A DNA stretch of 63,924 bases, counting the filler, from Lama guanicoe (lineage: Eukaryota): assembly GCA_013239625.1 (NCBI GenBank). It is 181 parts of 181 records of this genome, joined end to end, with 100 filler letters (N's around TTAATTAATTAA, not from the genome) between each part and the next. Parts side by side here need not be neighbours in the genome. Positions count along the whole stretch, not along the records: positions 48,450 to 48,703 come from PNXV01049032.1; positions 48,804 to 49,057 come from PNXV01049033.1; positions 49,158 to 49,411 come from PNXV01049034.1; positions 49,512 to 49,765 come from PNXV01049035.1; positions 49,866 to 50,119 come from PNXV01049036.1; positions 50,220 to 50,472 come from PNXV01049037.1; positions 50,573 to 50,826 come from PNXV01049038.1; positions 50,927 to 51,180 come from PNXV01049039.1; 173 more parts are not named here. One strand, written 5' to 3'. Each line of letters opens with the position of its first letter. Position 1 is the stretch's first letter. This document shows, piece by piece, positions 48,591 through 60,030 of the stretch. Made by a program: the position numbers and the translations under genes. Under the pieces are notes generated by a model. That model saw only the letters and a list, made by a program, of their open reading frames with translations. It was not told the origin of the DNA and made no database searches.

Positions 48591-49530
48591 AGTCTGAACA
48601 TTCATATCCTTCCAGACCTGGTTCATTGGCCTGAGTTGCAGGTTTCACACCACTTATTACCTAATCTGCGAGATGCCTTTCCTCCATTATCTCCGTTCCT
48701 CCTNNNNNNNNNNNNNNNNNNNNNNNNNNNNNNNNNNNNNNNNNNNNTTAATTAATTAANNNNNNNNNNNNNNNNNNNNNNNNNNNNNNNNNNNNNNNNN
48801 NNNCTCGGGGGTGAGCAGCTGTAGGGGACGCTGTTGGAGGAAGCAGTCACCGTTTTTTTTTGTTATTTATTTATGTATGTATGTATGTATTTATTTTTGT
48901 ATTCAACTTCCCTGTGTCATTTAGTTTACTTTGCCTTCATAAAGGGGCAGAAGCGGGTCTAAAATCTATGCCACTCTTTTGTTTCCTTTACGAGGCTGGT
49001 TTTTCTGTGTATCAGGAGAACATGGCCTTCTCCTAAGTACCTGGCTCACCTGGATCTNNNNNNNNNNNNNNNNNNNNNNNNNNNNNNNNNNNNNNNNNNN
49101 NTTAATTAATTAANNNNNNNNNNNNNNNNNNNNNNNNNNNNNNNNNNNNNNNNNNNNGTCAGGCTGCCCTGCCTTTTGCAAATTCTACAAGGTCTTGGGC
49201 AGCCCAGCCCTCATGCTTCAGCTTCAAGAGATCCAGTCGACCCCTCCCGGCCTTGCACTGCCTTTGCAGTCTCCCTGTTCCACGGGGACGGGCGTGCCTC
49301 CGAAACATTTCTACGTTGTTTTCCATTAGGAGTCTCAACCACTCCCCACAAAGTCCTGTGCGCAAACATAAATCTCTTTCTAATCCCCTCTCATCCCTAC
49401 CTCCCTGCACANNNNNNNNNNNNNNNNNNNNNNNNNNNNNNNNNNNNNNNNNNNNTTAATTAATTAANNNNNNNNNNNNNNNNNNNNNNNNNNNNNNNNN
49501 NNNNNNNNNNNACTGCCCCTGGCGGCTCAC

Positions 49531-49765
49531 CGTAAACCTGCAGCCTGGTGGCCTTCTCCACGTCCCCCACAGGGTTGCTGGCCTTGCAGGTGTAGATGCC
49601 CGTGTCTGAGCCCTGGACCCTCTCCAGTTGCAGCTGCCGGCCACCTCTGGTGGAAACGACCCCAGCACCGGAAGGCAGGGGGTCCTTGTCCTTGAACCAG
49701 GTGATGTTGGGAGTAGGTATGCCTCGGGCCTCACAGAGGAACTGCATGGGTGGCCCTCCATGATG
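49531..49765 (-). CDS. HMCN2: Hemicentin-2 Ig I-set domain exon (partial), with an apparent 1-nt deletion near 49748
   Basis: [59 protein letters not shown] shows the Ig C..W..DxGxYxC motif and matches recalled HMCN2; phase-1 donor G|GTGAG at 49530. Confidence 0.85.
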
Positions 49766-49982
49766 NNNNNNNNNNNNNNNNNNNNNNNNNNNNNNNNNNN
49801 NNNNNNNNNTTAATTAATTAANNNNNNNNNNNNNNNNNNNNNNNNNNNNNNNNNNNNNNNNNNNNAAAAAATTCATACTGTAATCTTTTAAAATAACTAG
49901 TGTTATAACATTCTGAAAATAATAAAAGTAACATGTCTAAAAATGGGCAAGACTGCAAATTGTCTGCTAAACTCTATTACAG

Positions 49983-50108
49983 GAGGAGTGAGAATAGAAA
50001 TGCCTTGGAAATCAGAAGAATGCTCTTCTCTGGAAAAGCCAAAATCATCTAGAAAAAGGAAGATGCTGGCGTGGAAAAGCACAGTGATACAAAAGGAAAG
50101 ACAACATG
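49983..50108 (+). CDS. Candidate symmetric internal exon (126 nt), gene unidentified
   Basis: CTAAAC branch-like motif with TTACAG acceptor, G|GTAATT donor, phase 1-1, open frame GVRIEMPWKSEECSSLEKPKSSRKRKMLAWKSTVIQKERQH. Confidence 0.3.
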
Positions 50109-50219
50109 GTAATTATAAANNNNNNNNNNNNNNNNNNNNNNNNNNNNNNNNNNNNNNNNNNNNTTAATTAATTAANNNNNNNNNNNNNNNNNNNNNNNNN
50201 NNNNNNNNNNNNNNNNNNN

Positions 50220-50472
50220 GGTTTATTACAAGATATTGAATATAGTTCCCTGTGCTATACAGTAGCACTTTGTTGTTTATCTATTTTATATATAGTAGTT
50301 TATCTCTGCTAACCCCAAACTCCTAATTTATCCTTCCCCACTCCGTTTTCCCTTCGGTAACCCTAAATTTGTTTTCTATGTCTATGAGTCTGTTTCTATT
50401 TCATAAATAAGTTCAATTGTGTAGTATTTTATATTCCACATATAAGTAATATCATATGGTATTTGTCTTTCT
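50220..50472 (-). mobile_element. L1 3' UTR
   Basis: Reverse-complement homologue of 32881 (TTGAATATAGTTCCCTGTGCTATACAGTAG..ATTCCACATATAAGT..ATCATATGGTATTTGTCTTT). Confidence 0.9.
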
Positions 50473-50574
50473 NNNNNNNNNNNNNNNNNNNNNNNNNNNN
50501 NNNNNNNNNNNNNNNNTTAATTAATTAANNNNNNNNNNNNNNNNNNNNNNNNNNNNNNNNNNNNNNNNNNNNTT

Positions 50575-50826
50575 TTAGTCAAACTCACTAACAAAATTAT
50601 TGATACTCAGTTGGTAAAATTGGTAGAGGACCTTCAAATACTTTGGCCAAAAGCATTGCCATTGGTACATCTAAATTTCAGTTTCACCTCTCTCGTAAGT
50701 CATAAACTCTCAACCTTTGAGATAGTCATGGGAAACCCAATGCTTTGGGCTCCTTCTTCTTTTGACCCACAACTGATAAAAGGAGAGATGCTCCAATATT
50801 GCAAAGACCTAGTTACTTCTATTAAA
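50575..50826 (+). mobile_element. Class I (ERV1) endogenous retrovirus pol integrase C-terminal fragment
   Basis: LVKLTNKIIDTQLVKLVEDLQILWPKALPLVHLNF..HKLSTFEIVMGNPM resembles the integrase motif GxVERxNxxxK..WxxxLPxxLxxxRxxP..LSPFEIxxGRP. Confidence 0.8.
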
Positions 50827-51988
50827 NNNNNNNNNNNNNNNNNNNNNNNNNNNNNNNNNNNNNNNNNNNNTTAATTAATTAANNNNNNNNNNNNNNNNNN
50901 NNNNNNNNNNNNNNNNNNNNNNNNNNAGATAGTCTTCTAAAACCAGCACGAATCATGGTTGCTCCTGTTTCACCTCCATCTCAAGTGTCACTCATCAGAC
51001 CTGTTACCTCCCCCACTCCGATCTAAAATAGTCACTAATAACTGTTTCAAGAGCACAGACTCTGAAAAAGGCTAAAACCCAAACAAGCAGACGAATAAAA
51101 ATGTTTAGCAAAAGATCTTCGGGATGTAGCGTGCAAACCAGTGGGCTTCACCAGGATCCGAGCTAACTGGCATGTAAGGANNNNNNNNNNNNNNNNNNNN
51201 NNNNNNNNNNNNNNNNNNNNNNNNTTAATTAATTAANNNNNNNNNNNNNNNNNNNNNNNNNNNNNNNNNNNNNNNNNNNNTCAAAGATAAAGGAGTATCT
51301 ATTTAATAACCCATTAGAAAATATTTTCAATTTTGTTATATTTTTAAATGTGATTATAATGTTTATTAATATGATTTTTTAAAAGCTGTTTTAATGTTCA
51401 AGTATTTTCAAATATATTATCATATTTCATTATCACGGAATTTTATTTAGAAATATATTTCACAATATGAACAATGTAAGAAAGCTCAATAGTGTTATGC
51501 TAATTTACAAAGAGGCCTATTGGACTTGAGTTAANNNNNNNNNNNNNNNNNNNNNNNNNNNNNNNNNNNNNNNNNNNNTTAATTAATTAANNNNNNNNNN
51601 NNNNNNNNNNNNNNNNNNNNNNNNNNNNNNNNNNTTTAAAGCATCAGCTATAAAATACAATTTGCTTCAAAACAGACCCTGCATTCGGTCCTCTTACTTT
51701 CCAACACGTGTGGTTCTAACACCTGGCCACCACCTTATGTTCACTGTCTACCCAAGAACATCTCATCCAAGTCCGTAACTGATCTGGCAATTCATCTGAC
51801 AACAGGGTCCCGTGGGTCCTCCTTCTCCCAGCGAGCACGTCCCAGAGGAGCTTCCCCGAACCCCCAGTTACCGAGACCCACCTGCTCANNNNNNNNNNNN
51901 NNNNNNNNNNNNNNNNNNNNNNNNNNNNNNNNTTAATTAATTAANNNNNNNNNNNNNNNNNNNNNNNNNNNNNNNNNNNNNNNNNNNN

Positions 51989-52242
51989 CAGCAACCGCCC
52001 CTAAAAAGCCTCCGCGCTCCTCTTCCACTTGGAAAGCCCCTGGCCACCCTCACGGTGCGGTCCGCCAGCCCCCTGGTCGCCGCGGAAGCCACGCCCAGCA
52101 AGAGCGACTGCTCCCGCCTCCCAGCCGCGCCTCCCCCACCTCCGTGCACCCCGCATCACCCGTGCGCAGCCCAGACTCCCGGCGCCTTCCATCCATTCCT
52201 AAGGTCGGTCGGCGTCCCAGCCCGCTGACCAAGCGGGGAGGG
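51989..52242. promoter_or_regulatory. CpG-island/promoter fragment
   Basis: Very GC- and CpG-rich; CCGCCC and CACGCCC boxes; GCGGAAG ETS-like motif. Confidence 0.55.
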
Positions 52243-52696
52243 NNNNNNNNNNNNNNNNNNNNNNNNNNNNNNNNNNNNNNNNNNNNTTAATTAATTAANN
52301 NNNNNNNNNNNNNNNNNNNNNNNNNNNNNNNNNNNNNNNNNNCTGGTCTTGCACAAAGGCCACGTTCTGGACTTGGAGCAGAGACGGAAGGTAAACCTTC
52401 CCTCTGTCACTTCTGATCTGGTTGAGTCGCTGTTAGAGCTGCAGGTATTTTGTGTTTGGGGACAGAGAAAGAACTTGCCACTTGACTTTGCTTTGGTCCG
52501 TCTGAGAGCTCTGTAATGCGTGCTCCTGGAGAGAGGCTGTTGAGAGTCTGGGCCCCTGCAAAGGCTGCTGTTTTTATTGCTTGCTTCTTTCCTGCTNNNN
52601 NNNNNNNNNNNNNNNNNNNNNNNNNNNNNNNNNNNNNNNNTTAATTAATTAANNNNNNNNNNNNNNNNNNNNNNNNNNNNNNNNNNNNNNNNNNNN

Positions 52697-52950
52697 ATTT
52701 CATTTTCAAATTGTGCATTACTAGTGTATAGAAATGCAATTAATTTTATTGATCTTGTACCCTCCAAACATGTTAACGTAGTACTTCAAATAGTTTTGTG
52801 AGTTTTGTGGATTTCCTATATACATGATCATGTCACTTACCAATAGAAAGAGTTTATCTTCCTTTTATGTCTTTTTTTTTCCTTTAGTTATTTTTTCTGC
52901 CTCTAATTGCCCTTGTAAAAACCTCCAGGACAATGTTGAGTAGAAGTGTT
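52697..52950 (-). mobile_element. Old L1 ORF2 (RT) fragment
   Basis: CTAGTGTATAGAAATGCAATT..TTGATCTTGTA..ATCATGTCA..AACCTCCAG.ACAATGTTGA. Confidence 0.8.
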
Positions 52951-54112
52951 NNNNNNNNNNNNNNNNNNNNNNNNNNNNNNNNNNNNNNNNNNNNTTAATT
53001 AATTAANNNNNNNNNNNNNNNNNNNNNNNNNNNNNNNNNNNNNNNNNNNNGCATAATACATGTTATAGGTCGTCTACTGCATAAAACATTAAAACAAAGT
53101 GAGCATGTGCATTTTAAGCAAGTAAGTGTGAATACAGGGTTTTAAGCTCATGGAAATGAATACAAGGTTTTAAGCTCATGCGGCTTGTTTTCTAGCTGCT
53201 TGTTGTCCAGCGGCTTGTCTTCCAGCGGCCTGCTTCCTTCTTAGGCTCCTTCCATGTGACTGTCCCTGGTTCCCAGTTTCCCTCGTGCCTCGTGGGCTGC
53301 TCCTNNNNNNNNNNNNNNNNNNNNNNNNNNNNNNNNNNNNNNNNNNNNTTAATTAATTAANNNNNNNNNNNNNNNNNNNNNNNNNNNNNNNNNNNNNNNN
53401 NNNNAATATGACCTTATTAGGGAGCAGGACATTTACAGAGGTAATCAAGTTAAGGGGTCAAGAGCTCAGACTTTGGACAAGATTGCCAAGGATGGCTGCC
53501 CACATACTAGCCGTGTATCCATCCTTTGCTTCTGTTAAGTGGAGGAAACAATAGTATATCTGCGTAGAGTTGTTGAGATCACCTGAGTAAATAATTCATG
53601 AAATACTCTGAAGTTTTTCTCTGTACTGACCCTTTCCCATTAGGACAAAAACAATTCTNNNNNNNNNNNNNNNNNNNNNNNNNNNNNNNNNNNNNNNNNN
53701 NNTTAATTAATTAANNNNNNNNNNNNNNNNNNNNNNNNNNNNNNNNNNNNNNNNNNNNTTCACCACACCGGGTGCTGGAGGTACAGCAGTCACCAAGAAG
53801 GATGGACGCAGCCCCTTTCATGAGGCTTGTAGTCTGTATGGGAACTGACAATTAAACAAGCCATCAAAGTGTGAAAAGTTTTAGGAGGGAAAGGTTCCAG
53901 TTCTATGGGAAGATCTAAGAACCCCTAGCTGGGTTTCGATTGGGACAGTAAGGGGCAGAACAGTGGGGTGGAAGGGTGGGGTCAGGGCTGCTGGGATCAG
54001 GGTTATTTGGAGNNNNNNNNNNNNNNNNNNNNNNNNNNNNNNNNNNNNNNNNNNNNTTAATTAATTAANNNNNNNNNNNNNNNNNNNNNNNNNNNNNNNN
54101 NNNNNNNNNNNN

Positions 54113-54366
54113 ACATTCTCTAACAACATATACAAAAATAAACTCAAAATGGATTAAAGACTTAAAAGCAAGTCCACATACTATAAAACTCCTAGAGGAA
54201 AACACAGGCAGAACACTCTCAGACATATATCACAGAAATATATTTTCTGAACCAGCTCCTGTAGTAATGGAAATAAAAGCAGAAATAAATAAATGGGATC
54301 TAATTAAACTTCAAAGTTTTTGCACAGCTAAGGATACCATCAATAAAATGAAAAGACAACCTACAG
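54113..54366 (+). mobile_element. L1 ORF2 fragment
   Basis: TACAAAAATAAACTCAAAATGGATTAAAGACTTAAA (KINSKWIKDL)..AAAATGAAAAGACAACCTACAG. Confidence 0.92.
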
Positions 54367-54466
54367 NNNNNNNNNNNNNNNNNNNNNNNNNNNNNNNNNN
54401 NNNNNNNNNNTTAATTAATTAANNNNNNNNNNNNNNNNNNNNNNNNNNNNNNNNNNNNNNNNNNNN

Positions 54467-54613
54467 ATGTCTATCAATGGAGAGTTCATTGATGAGGTGG
54501 ACTCAACCAAGGACGGAAAGGGTAGCGGGGCAGCACGAGCAGTGGAAGCCATCTCCCCCTCTCTATCCCCTACCGTGTGGCCCCTCCATCCTTCTTGTCC
54601 CGCTTGGCAGACC
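54467..54613 (-). CDS. Candidate exon 5' part, gene unidentified
   Basis: Good acceptor CTGTCTGCTTCCTCTGTAG (AG 54615-54614); open frame containing GAGATGG (MASTARAAPLPFPSLVESTSSMNSPLID). Confidence 0.25.
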
Positions 54614-55882
54614 CTACAGAGGAAGCAGACAGGAGTAAGCAGGGCCCCCACAGGTTATGCAAATTCCAACAGGAATAATGTCCAGACAAAGGCAGTCAGG
54701 CAGCCGAGTTCAGCATCCCANNNNNNNNNNNNNNNNNNNNNNNNNNNNNNNNNNNNNNNNNNNNTTAATTAATTAANNNNNNNNNNNNNNNNNNNNNNNN
54801 NNNNNNNNNNNNNNNNNNNNACAGTATAGATGGTCGTGAGAAGAAAACAGTAAGATCAGTCAGCGAAGTATACACAGAGACACTTGGCTTAGCGTTGCTT
54901 GAGGGTTTTATGTGTTTTCTGTTCATAATGTGTGAGCCTCAGACAGAGGCCAAGTGGAGGTGTGACTACAGTGGTTCTCAACCTTGACAGAACGGTCAGC
55001 GGAGGGGGCTAGGAATAAATACATTGTCTCAGGCCTCTGTCCCTAGTTGTTTGTATCATAAAGTCTGAGAGGAGNNNNNNNNNNNNNNNNNNNNNNNNNN
55101 NNNNNNNNNNNNNNNNNNTTAATTAATTAANNNNNNNNNNNNNNNNNNNNNNNNNNNNNNNNNNNNNNNNNNNNAGAAGATTAAGTAAGAGAGCAGAAGA
55201 TTAAAGAAAATTAAAGTAAGTAAATAGTGTTGAATGTATAGTACAGGTTAATAGAGATTTTGTTCTTGCCTTGCTATCATTTGGCTTGGACGATGCCATT
55301 AAATAATGATATAACAGATAGCTTTAAATCCTTAAAATATATGATATGTGTTTGCAAAGAATTATTATCATAAATCTGCAAGGCATTATTTTATACATTT
55401 ATATGTATAAATAATCATAGAAATAAATNNNNNNNNNNNNNNNNNNNNNNNNNNNNNNNNNNNNNNNNNNNNTTAATTAATTAANNNNNNNNNNNNNNNN
55501 NNNNNNNNNNNNNNNNNNNNNNNNNNNNAAAAGAAGAGTTTCTTATCCTAAAGGAATTCTGAGATAGTATGGGAGGTAAGACATAATTATATATAAAACC
55601 AAATAAACATTGTGAAGCAAATTAAATACACACAAACACAATTAGTGCAACTAAAGATTGAAGAGCTTAAAAACAGGGCCGCATAAAAGTCCCCTTAATC
55701 ACCAGGCTGAGTTAACAGTGGAGGCCAAGTCAGTGAAACATGAACCACGTTAATGTATCATTACATCTCATGTTAAACATAANNNNNNNNNNNNNNNNNN
55801 NNNNNNNNNNNNNNNNNNNNNNNNNNTTAATTAATTAANNNNNNNNNNNNNNNNNNNNNNNNNNNNNNNNNNNNNNNNNNNN

Positions 55883-55988
55883 CTGCCATTCGGGCTGCTC
55901 CTGCCCCAGCTGCACCTCTGGCTCCGGCTCCACCTCCGCCCGGCATCCGGCCAGGAGCGTGACCACCAACGCAACCCACAGAGCCTTC
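55883..55988 (-). pseudogene. APOE: APOE processed retrocopy, 5' junction
   Basis: [35 protein letters not shown] is the ApoE signal peptide plus N-terminus; read-through across the intron position in Gly15 (55948/55947); ATG missing; flanked by TTTTTT/AAAACTACA. Confidence 0.85.
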
Positions 55989-56344
55989 TGTAGTTTTAAA
56001 AAAATCTATATTTTTAGTCATTAATTATGTTCCTTCTCAGTCCTTGACCAACCAGCAAAATCATTGGCCACAGCCTGCGGATAGGTACGTAAACATACAT
56101 GTGACCATTTCTCCCTGCAGGCAAAGTGAACAGCCANNNNNNNNNNNNNNNNNNNNNNNNNNNNNNNNNNNNNNNNNNNNTTAATTAATTAANNNNNNNN
56201 NNNNNNNNNNNNNNNNNNNNNNNNNNNNNNNNNNNNTTTCTCTGAGTCTCTTGTATGTCACAAGGCTACCGCCATTCAGTACATACGGGACTTAACCATC
56301 TGCTTACATAGTTTCTGTCAATTTCTACTTAAAGTTAGTCCTAG

Positions 56345-56490
56345 TCTGTCTCCATCAGTTCACGCTGCTGTAACAACCATAGATAGGGTAGGCTTATGAA
56401 CAACAGAAATGTATTTCTCACAGTTTTGGAGGCTTGAATTCGCGATCAGGGTACAAACACAGTTGGGTTCTGGTGAGAGCCCTCTTCCAG
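56345..56490 (-). mobile_element. MLT1A/MST-type MaLR LTR end
   Basis: GCTGCTGTAACAA..GGCTTATGAACAACAGAAAT.TATTTCTCACAGTT.TGGAGGCT..TCTGGTGAG. Confidence 0.8.
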
Positions 56491-57652
56491 NNNNNNNNNN
56501 NNNNNNNNNNNNNNNNNNNNNNNNNNNNNNNNNNTTAATTAATTAANNNNNNNNNNNNNNNNNNNNNNNNNNNNNNNNNNNNNNNNNNNNAAAATAAAGC
56601 AGTGTTTGAGGTGTTTATATTAAAACAGGACTGTATTAAACCCACACACACGTGCACACAACTCTAGGGCTTTCATGTAGATTTGTTCAATCAGTTTAGA
56701 ACTACAGAAAGCATTGAAATGAAAGGAAATCATTGGTTATGTGGATGAATTTCAAAGATGAGGAGCTATTGGTGTGTAATTATCAATAAAGGAATGGCCA
56801 TTGGGGCTATTATATGGCTTGGCCTTTTGTGATTCTTTTTTTTTNNNNNNNNNNNNNNNNNNNNNNNNNNNNNNNNNNNNNNNNNNNNTTAATTAATTAA
56901 NNNNNNNNNNNNNNNNNNNNNNNNNNNNNNNNNNNNNNNNNNNNTTCTAATAAGTTCCCAAGTGATGTTGGGAAGGACCACACTTTGAGCATCATATCTT
57001 AGGGATTCTGGAGAGGACTGAGAACTAAGAGGATGGAAGAGAAATGCTTATAGAAGAAATCACAGAAAAAAAAATGTTTTTCTGAGCTGAAGAAAAACTT
57101 CAGTGTTCAGATCAAAAAAGCACTTTGAAAATCAGAAGATATAGTGAAAAAAATATATCTAAAATATGTTCTAGTGCAATTTCTGAATTTCAAAAAAANN
57201 NNNNNNNNNNNNNNNNNNNNNNNNNNNNNNNNNNNNNNNNNNTTAATTAATTAANNNNNNNNNNNNNNNNNNNNNNNNNNNNNNNNNNNNNNNNNNNNGG
57301 CTCCGCGCACAGACTCACCCACCTCAGGGCCCAGCGCAGAGGCGGCCCGGGACAAGCTCCCACACCCTCTGTGAAAGAGGCTCACCTGTTGATCTCAAAG
57401 TGTCAGCCCAAGGGCCAGGCCCCTGATTTCACGCACACCTAGGAACCCACGGAAACGCTCTCCAGGGACAGCCTGCCGGCTTCTCCTGGGAAGGGGCTTG
57501 GGTGCTCACCTCACACCCTGAGCTCTGCGGCTGCTCCCCTGGGACCCCCCACNNNNNNNNNNNNNNNNNNNNNNNNNNNNNNNNNNNNNNNNNNNNTTAA
57601 TTAATTAANNNNNNNNNNNNNNNNNNNNNNNNNNNNNNNNNNNNNNNNNNNN

Positions 57653-57906
57653 TGGATAAGAAGATGACATGATCTTTTATATAGAAGAAGCCCAAGGAAT
57701 CCCCATCCCTCCAAAAGAAATGCTATTAAAACTAATAAATGATTTCAGCAAGACTGAAAGATACAGACTAACATACAAAAATCTATTTATTTCCATGCAA
57801 TAGTAATTAAAACTACAAAATTAAAATTAAGAAACCATTTCCATTTACAATATCATCAAAAAGATTATACTATATAGCACAGGGAAATATATACAAGATC
57901 TTGTGG
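57653..57906 (+). mobile_element. Old L1 RT fragment followed by a younger L1 3'-end piece (~57865-57906)
   Basis: GATGACATGATC..AACTAATAAATGA.TTCAGCAAG..CCATTTACAATA, then CTATATAGCACAGGGAAATATATACAAGATCTTGTGG. Confidence 0.8.
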
Positions 57907-58360
57907 NNNNNNNNNNNNNNNNNNNNNNNNNNNNNNNNNNNNNNNNNNNNTTAATTAATTAANNNNNNNNNNNNNNNNNNNNNNNNNNNNNNNNNNNNNN
58001 NNNNNNTCTCTTAACAACCTGGTGTAAAAGATGTGGGCAAGGTCACAGCTACTAACTTGAGAATCACACGTTATTAGTGGTGTTCTACTTTAGATGTACA
58101 GGGTTTTTTTCTAGCAGTTAAAAAAAAACTTAGTTTTCCAAAAATTAAATAAGCTAATCACTAAATCAGTTTATCAAATAAATTATTAAATTAAATAATT
58201 TAGTCCTCTTCCTATAAAGTTTTGAAATACCCGGATTTAACTACCTCTGCCCAGACTCTCNNNNNNNNNNNNNNNNNNNNNNNNNNNNNNNNNNNNNNNN
58301 NNNNTTAATTAATTAANNNNNNNNNNNNNNNNNNNNNNNNNNNNNNNNNNNNNNNNNNNN

Positions 58361-58614
58361 CCCACCACTCCATCTAGGTCACCAGTGTCCTGCACGGTCC
58401 GAAGCCAACAGCCAAACACCACACTGATCTATCCACTGTCTCTGACACAGACCGTCCGTCCCAGGACTCCTCCCCTGATACACATTTTCCTCTTGGCTTC
58501 CAGGACCTCACACACCCCTAGTTCCTCCCGCTTCACTGACTCTTCCTTTTCAGTCTCCTTTAGCAGCTCCTCCTCCTCTTCCTGACCTAAGGCCGCAGTG
58601 CTGCAGGGCTCAAT
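58361..58614 (+). mobile_element. L2 ORF2 fragment
   Basis: CTTGGCTTCCAGGAC..CACTGACTCTTCCTTTTCAGTCTCCTTT..CAGGGCTCA L2 motifs. Confidence 0.75.
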
Positions 58615-58714
58615 NNNNNNNNNNNNNNNNNNNNNNNNNNNNNNNNNNNNNNNNNNNNTTAATTAATTAANNNNNNNNNNNNNNNNNNNNNNNNNNNNNN
58701 NNNNNNNNNNNNNN

Positions 58715-58824
58715 GTGAACAAGTAAATGGTTAGGAACACAACAAAGAGCACAGGCTGTAACTCTTCCAGAGAGGAGAACGCCACAAACGTGAACGTGGT
58801 GCAGACGGACTGGTTTCCACTCAT
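58715..58824 (-). CDS. Olfactory receptor N-terminus and TM1 (class II, family 10-like), partial
   Basis: MSGNQSVCTTFTFVAFSSLEELQPVLFVVFLTIYLF contains an NQS glycosylation site, F..FS and LF..FL..Y motifs; acceptor TCTCCACAG at 58846; upstream in-frame ATG at 58845. Confidence 0.9.
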
Positions 58825-59776
58825 AATCGGCTCAGAGCCAGGCATCTGTGGAGACACAGACAGGGCACACAATGCCTAAAGGAATCCCGTCACCTGGCGT
58901 AGGTCTCTATCCGACTCAGAGAAAGGAGCGTTCCTTGGATCAGAGGTCTGACATGCGACCTACACACTNNNNNNNNNNNNNNNNNNNNNNNNNNNNNNNN
59001 NNNNNNNNNNNNTTAATTAATTAANNNNNNNNNNNNNNNNNNNNNNNNNNNNNNNNNNNNNNNNNNNNGTCCTACATTGTCTTTTCTCACTGCTCATTAA
59101 AACCGTACACTTTTGCCACTGCAGCGTTCTAAGTCTGCTCTGCCGCTTGGGCTCTGTGCCATGGCAGCCCGTTTCTGTTCATTGTCGCAGAGAGGATCCT
59201 GACTAGGTGTGTCTTTGAGGTGTAGTGTTCCCCGTTCCCGCCTTTCCCAACTTCAGGTCCAGCGGTTCATTTAACGTTCTAACATCTTTGCCAGTTTCCA
59301 ACTTAGAAAATCACCAGTCTCTNNNNNNNNNNNNNNNNNNNNNNNNNNNNNNNNNNNNNNNNNNNNTTAATTAATTAANNNNNNNNNNNNNNNNNNNNNN
59401 NNNNNNNNNNNNNNNNNNNNNNCTACACCGCCCTGACCACCATACACCACCTGACAACCATCTTTCAGAAAACTTGAAGGAACCAGTGGCATTCTTAAGC
59501 AGAGACCAGCAACACCCGCACACACCCTTGAACTCCTCTGGCCGGGAGCGCGAGCCCTAGATGTTGCGGCCATCCACTCCGTCCCTCTGGGGCCATGTGA
59601 GTTATCTGCCTATGAATTTGTGACTGAAAAACACAGTAGGTAACTCACACCCCCACCCTAGATTCTGCTCTGCCCANNNNNNNNNNNNNNNNNNNNNNNN
59701 NNNNNNNNNNNNNNNNNNNNTTAATTAATTAANNNNNNNNNNNNNNNNNNNNNNNNNNNNNNNNNNNNNNNNNNNN

Positions 59777-60030
59777 CCGCGAAGATTTGCTTCCATTCCT
59801 CACTATCGCTGCCGCCGACCACACACCGCACACTACCGCGCCAGAACGACTCCCAGAAGAAGACTGACACGAAACGTGAGTCCTGCGACGACGGGCAGCA
59901 GAGTCCGCCCAAAGGACGGGGCGCGGAGATGGGAGCAAACCCACACTCACCAAGGAGCACACCACTCTCACCGCGGCCACCGCTAATGCCGCCTTGGCCG
60001 CACCCTAACAGGAACGCGTACGCTTCCCAG
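59777..60030 (-). promoter_or_regulatory. CpG-island fragment, probable non-coding first exon and intron 1 start
   Basis: CpG-dense; consensus donor TTG|GTGAGT at 59950-59945 on the minus strand. Confidence 0.45.

Noticed and set aside
54467..54772. 101-aa plus-strand ORF
   Set aside because: The ATG coincides with the contig edge, there is no recognisable domain, and splice signals favour the minus strand
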